This document shows, in pieces, positions 62,950 through 64,000 of a stretch of DNA of 64,000 nucleotides. This stretch comes from Reclinomonas americana ATCC 50394. Taxonomy: Eukaryota. The DNA is taken from assembly GCA_048213135.1 (NCBI GenBank), contig PS015010.1:1984001-2048000 (forward strand), in the 5' to 3' direction. The translations under genes and the position numbers were made by a program. The number at the start of each line of letters is the position of its first letter. Position 1 is the first letter of the stretch. The notes under the pieces are model-generated. The model was given only the letters and a program-made list of their open reading frames with translations, did not search any database and had not been told where the DNA came from.

Positions 62950-63639
62950 TTAGTTTTGAACAGATTTGGTGTCGATTGCAATGCCGGGGCTCATCGTGCT
63001 GGCCATGCTCACACCTTTCAGGTAAGTACCTTTTGAGGAAGAGGGCTTCAGTTTGATGATGGCATTGATTAATTCCTGGCTGTTTTCAGCGATCTTTTCA
63101 GGAGCAAAGCTTACCCTTCCGATAGAAGCGTGGATGATACCCACTTTATCTACCTTAAAGGCAATTTTACCACCTTTCAGATCGGTAACGGCACCAGCCA
63201 CATCGTTGGTTACTGTTCCGGTCTTGGGGTTTGGCATCAGGTTACGGGGACCGAGTATCTTACCCAGTTTACCCAGTTTAGGCATCACCGATGGTGTAGC
63301 CACGATCACGTCAATATCTGTCCAGCCACCTTCGATCTTGGTGATGAATTCATCCAGGCCCACATGATCAGCGCCGGCGCCTTTGGCTTCGGCTTCTTTA
63401 TCAGGCGTACACAGTACCAGTACACGCTTGGTTTTACCGGTGCCATGAGGCAGGGATACGGTACCGCGGATAGCCTGGTCGGCTTTCTTAGGGTCCACAC
63501 CCAGTTTGATATGAAGATCAACAGAGCTGTCGAACTTGGTGGTATTGATTTCTTTTACTAATGATGAAGCTTCTTTAAGGGAATACGCCTTATTACTATC
63601 AACCTTAGTATTGGCAACTTTTCTTTTCTTAGTAATCAT
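62950..63639 (-). CDS. rplA: 50S ribosomal protein L1
   Basis: [42 protein letters not shown]. Confidence 0.99.
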   Translation of the reverse strand: MITKKRKVANTKVDSNKAYSLKEASSLVKEINTTKFDSSVDLHIKLGVDPKKADQAIRGTVSLPHGTGKTKRVLVLCTPDKEAEAKGAGADHVGLDEFITKIEGGWTDIDVIVATPSVMPKLGKLGKILGPRNLMPNPKTGTVTNDVAGAVTDLKGGKIAFKVDKVGIIHASIGRVSFAPEKIAENSQELINAIIKLKPSSSKGTYLKGVSMASTMSPGIAIDTKSVQN

Positions 63640-63664
63640 TGTCTTTTATTTTAAGGTTTGATAA

Positions 63665-64000
63665 TTAATTTTCCCAGGGAGCTTTACCTTCAACGGTTAA
63701 ACCCATGCTGCGGGCAGTACCGGCAACCATGCTCATAGCGCTGTTCAGGGTGAAAGCGTTCAGATCGGGCATTTTATCTTTCGCGATCTCTTCCACCTGT
63801 GCCCAGGTTACTTTACCTACTTTGCTACGGTTGGGTTCTTTACTTCCGCTCTGGATCTTGGCAGCATCCATCAGTTGAACGGCAGCCGGAGGGGTTTTGA
63901 TAATAAAGTCGAAAGACTTGTCGGCGTAAACGGTGATTAATACGGGAAGTACTTTTCCTTGTTTATCCTGGGTCCTGGCATTGAATTGCTTACAGAACTC
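63665..64000 (-). CDS. rplK: 50S ribosomal protein L11 (5'-truncated by window edge)
   Basis: [10 protein letters not shown]...[12 protein letters not shown]...KMPDLN...AGTARSMG. Confidence 0.97.
   Translation of the reverse strand, partial: EFCKQFNARTQDKQGKVLPVLITVYADKSFDFIIKTPPAAVQLMDAAKIQSGSKEPNRSKVGKVTWAQVEEIAKDKMPDLNAFTLNSAMSMVAGTARSMGLTVEGKAPWEN

Noticed and set aside
1-64000. CRISPR array, prophage, integrase or IS transposase
   Set aside because: No repeat-spacer array and no ORF with such motifs was seen.

Overview
Bacteroidota DNA, most likely Chitinophagaceae. This rests on TAnnTTTG promoters, signal peptides followed by Gln, a T9SS C-terminal domain and Bacteroidota-type RpoB/RpoC. 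1-21.9 kb is accessory: a partial BNR-repeat lipoprotein, a cupin, and a minus-strand three-gene secreted cassette (coiled-coil/beta-barrel protein, SpvB/TcB-like YD-repeat protein, RHS core protein with an unassigned 262-aa C-terminus and no obvious immunity gene). The cassette is divergent from a TPR histidine kinase/NarL pair. AraC + S41 peptidase and a TPR-LytS/LytTR pair with a three-gene envelope cluster follow. 21.9-42.6 kb is mostly housekeeping: tRNA-Asp, accA, a second LytS/LytTR pair + CocE/NonD hydrolase, USP, gluQ, sugar transferase, a GxxExxY gene enclosed by 37-bp inverted repeats, M1 peptidase, ispD, isoaspartyl peptidase, heptose kinase, APC permease and OmpH. 42.6-64 kb holds rpoC, rpoB and rplK-rplA-rplJ-rplL (rplL has a 1-nt frameshift). 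About 11 kb separate rplL from rpoB, carrying a nucleoid-associated protein, LytTR, two tandem paralogous kinases, a T9SS papain-like protein and a VOC protein. I found two shared regulatory motif pairs by eye. No CRISPR array, integrase or transposase was seen. Family assignments come from motif recognition, not database searches.
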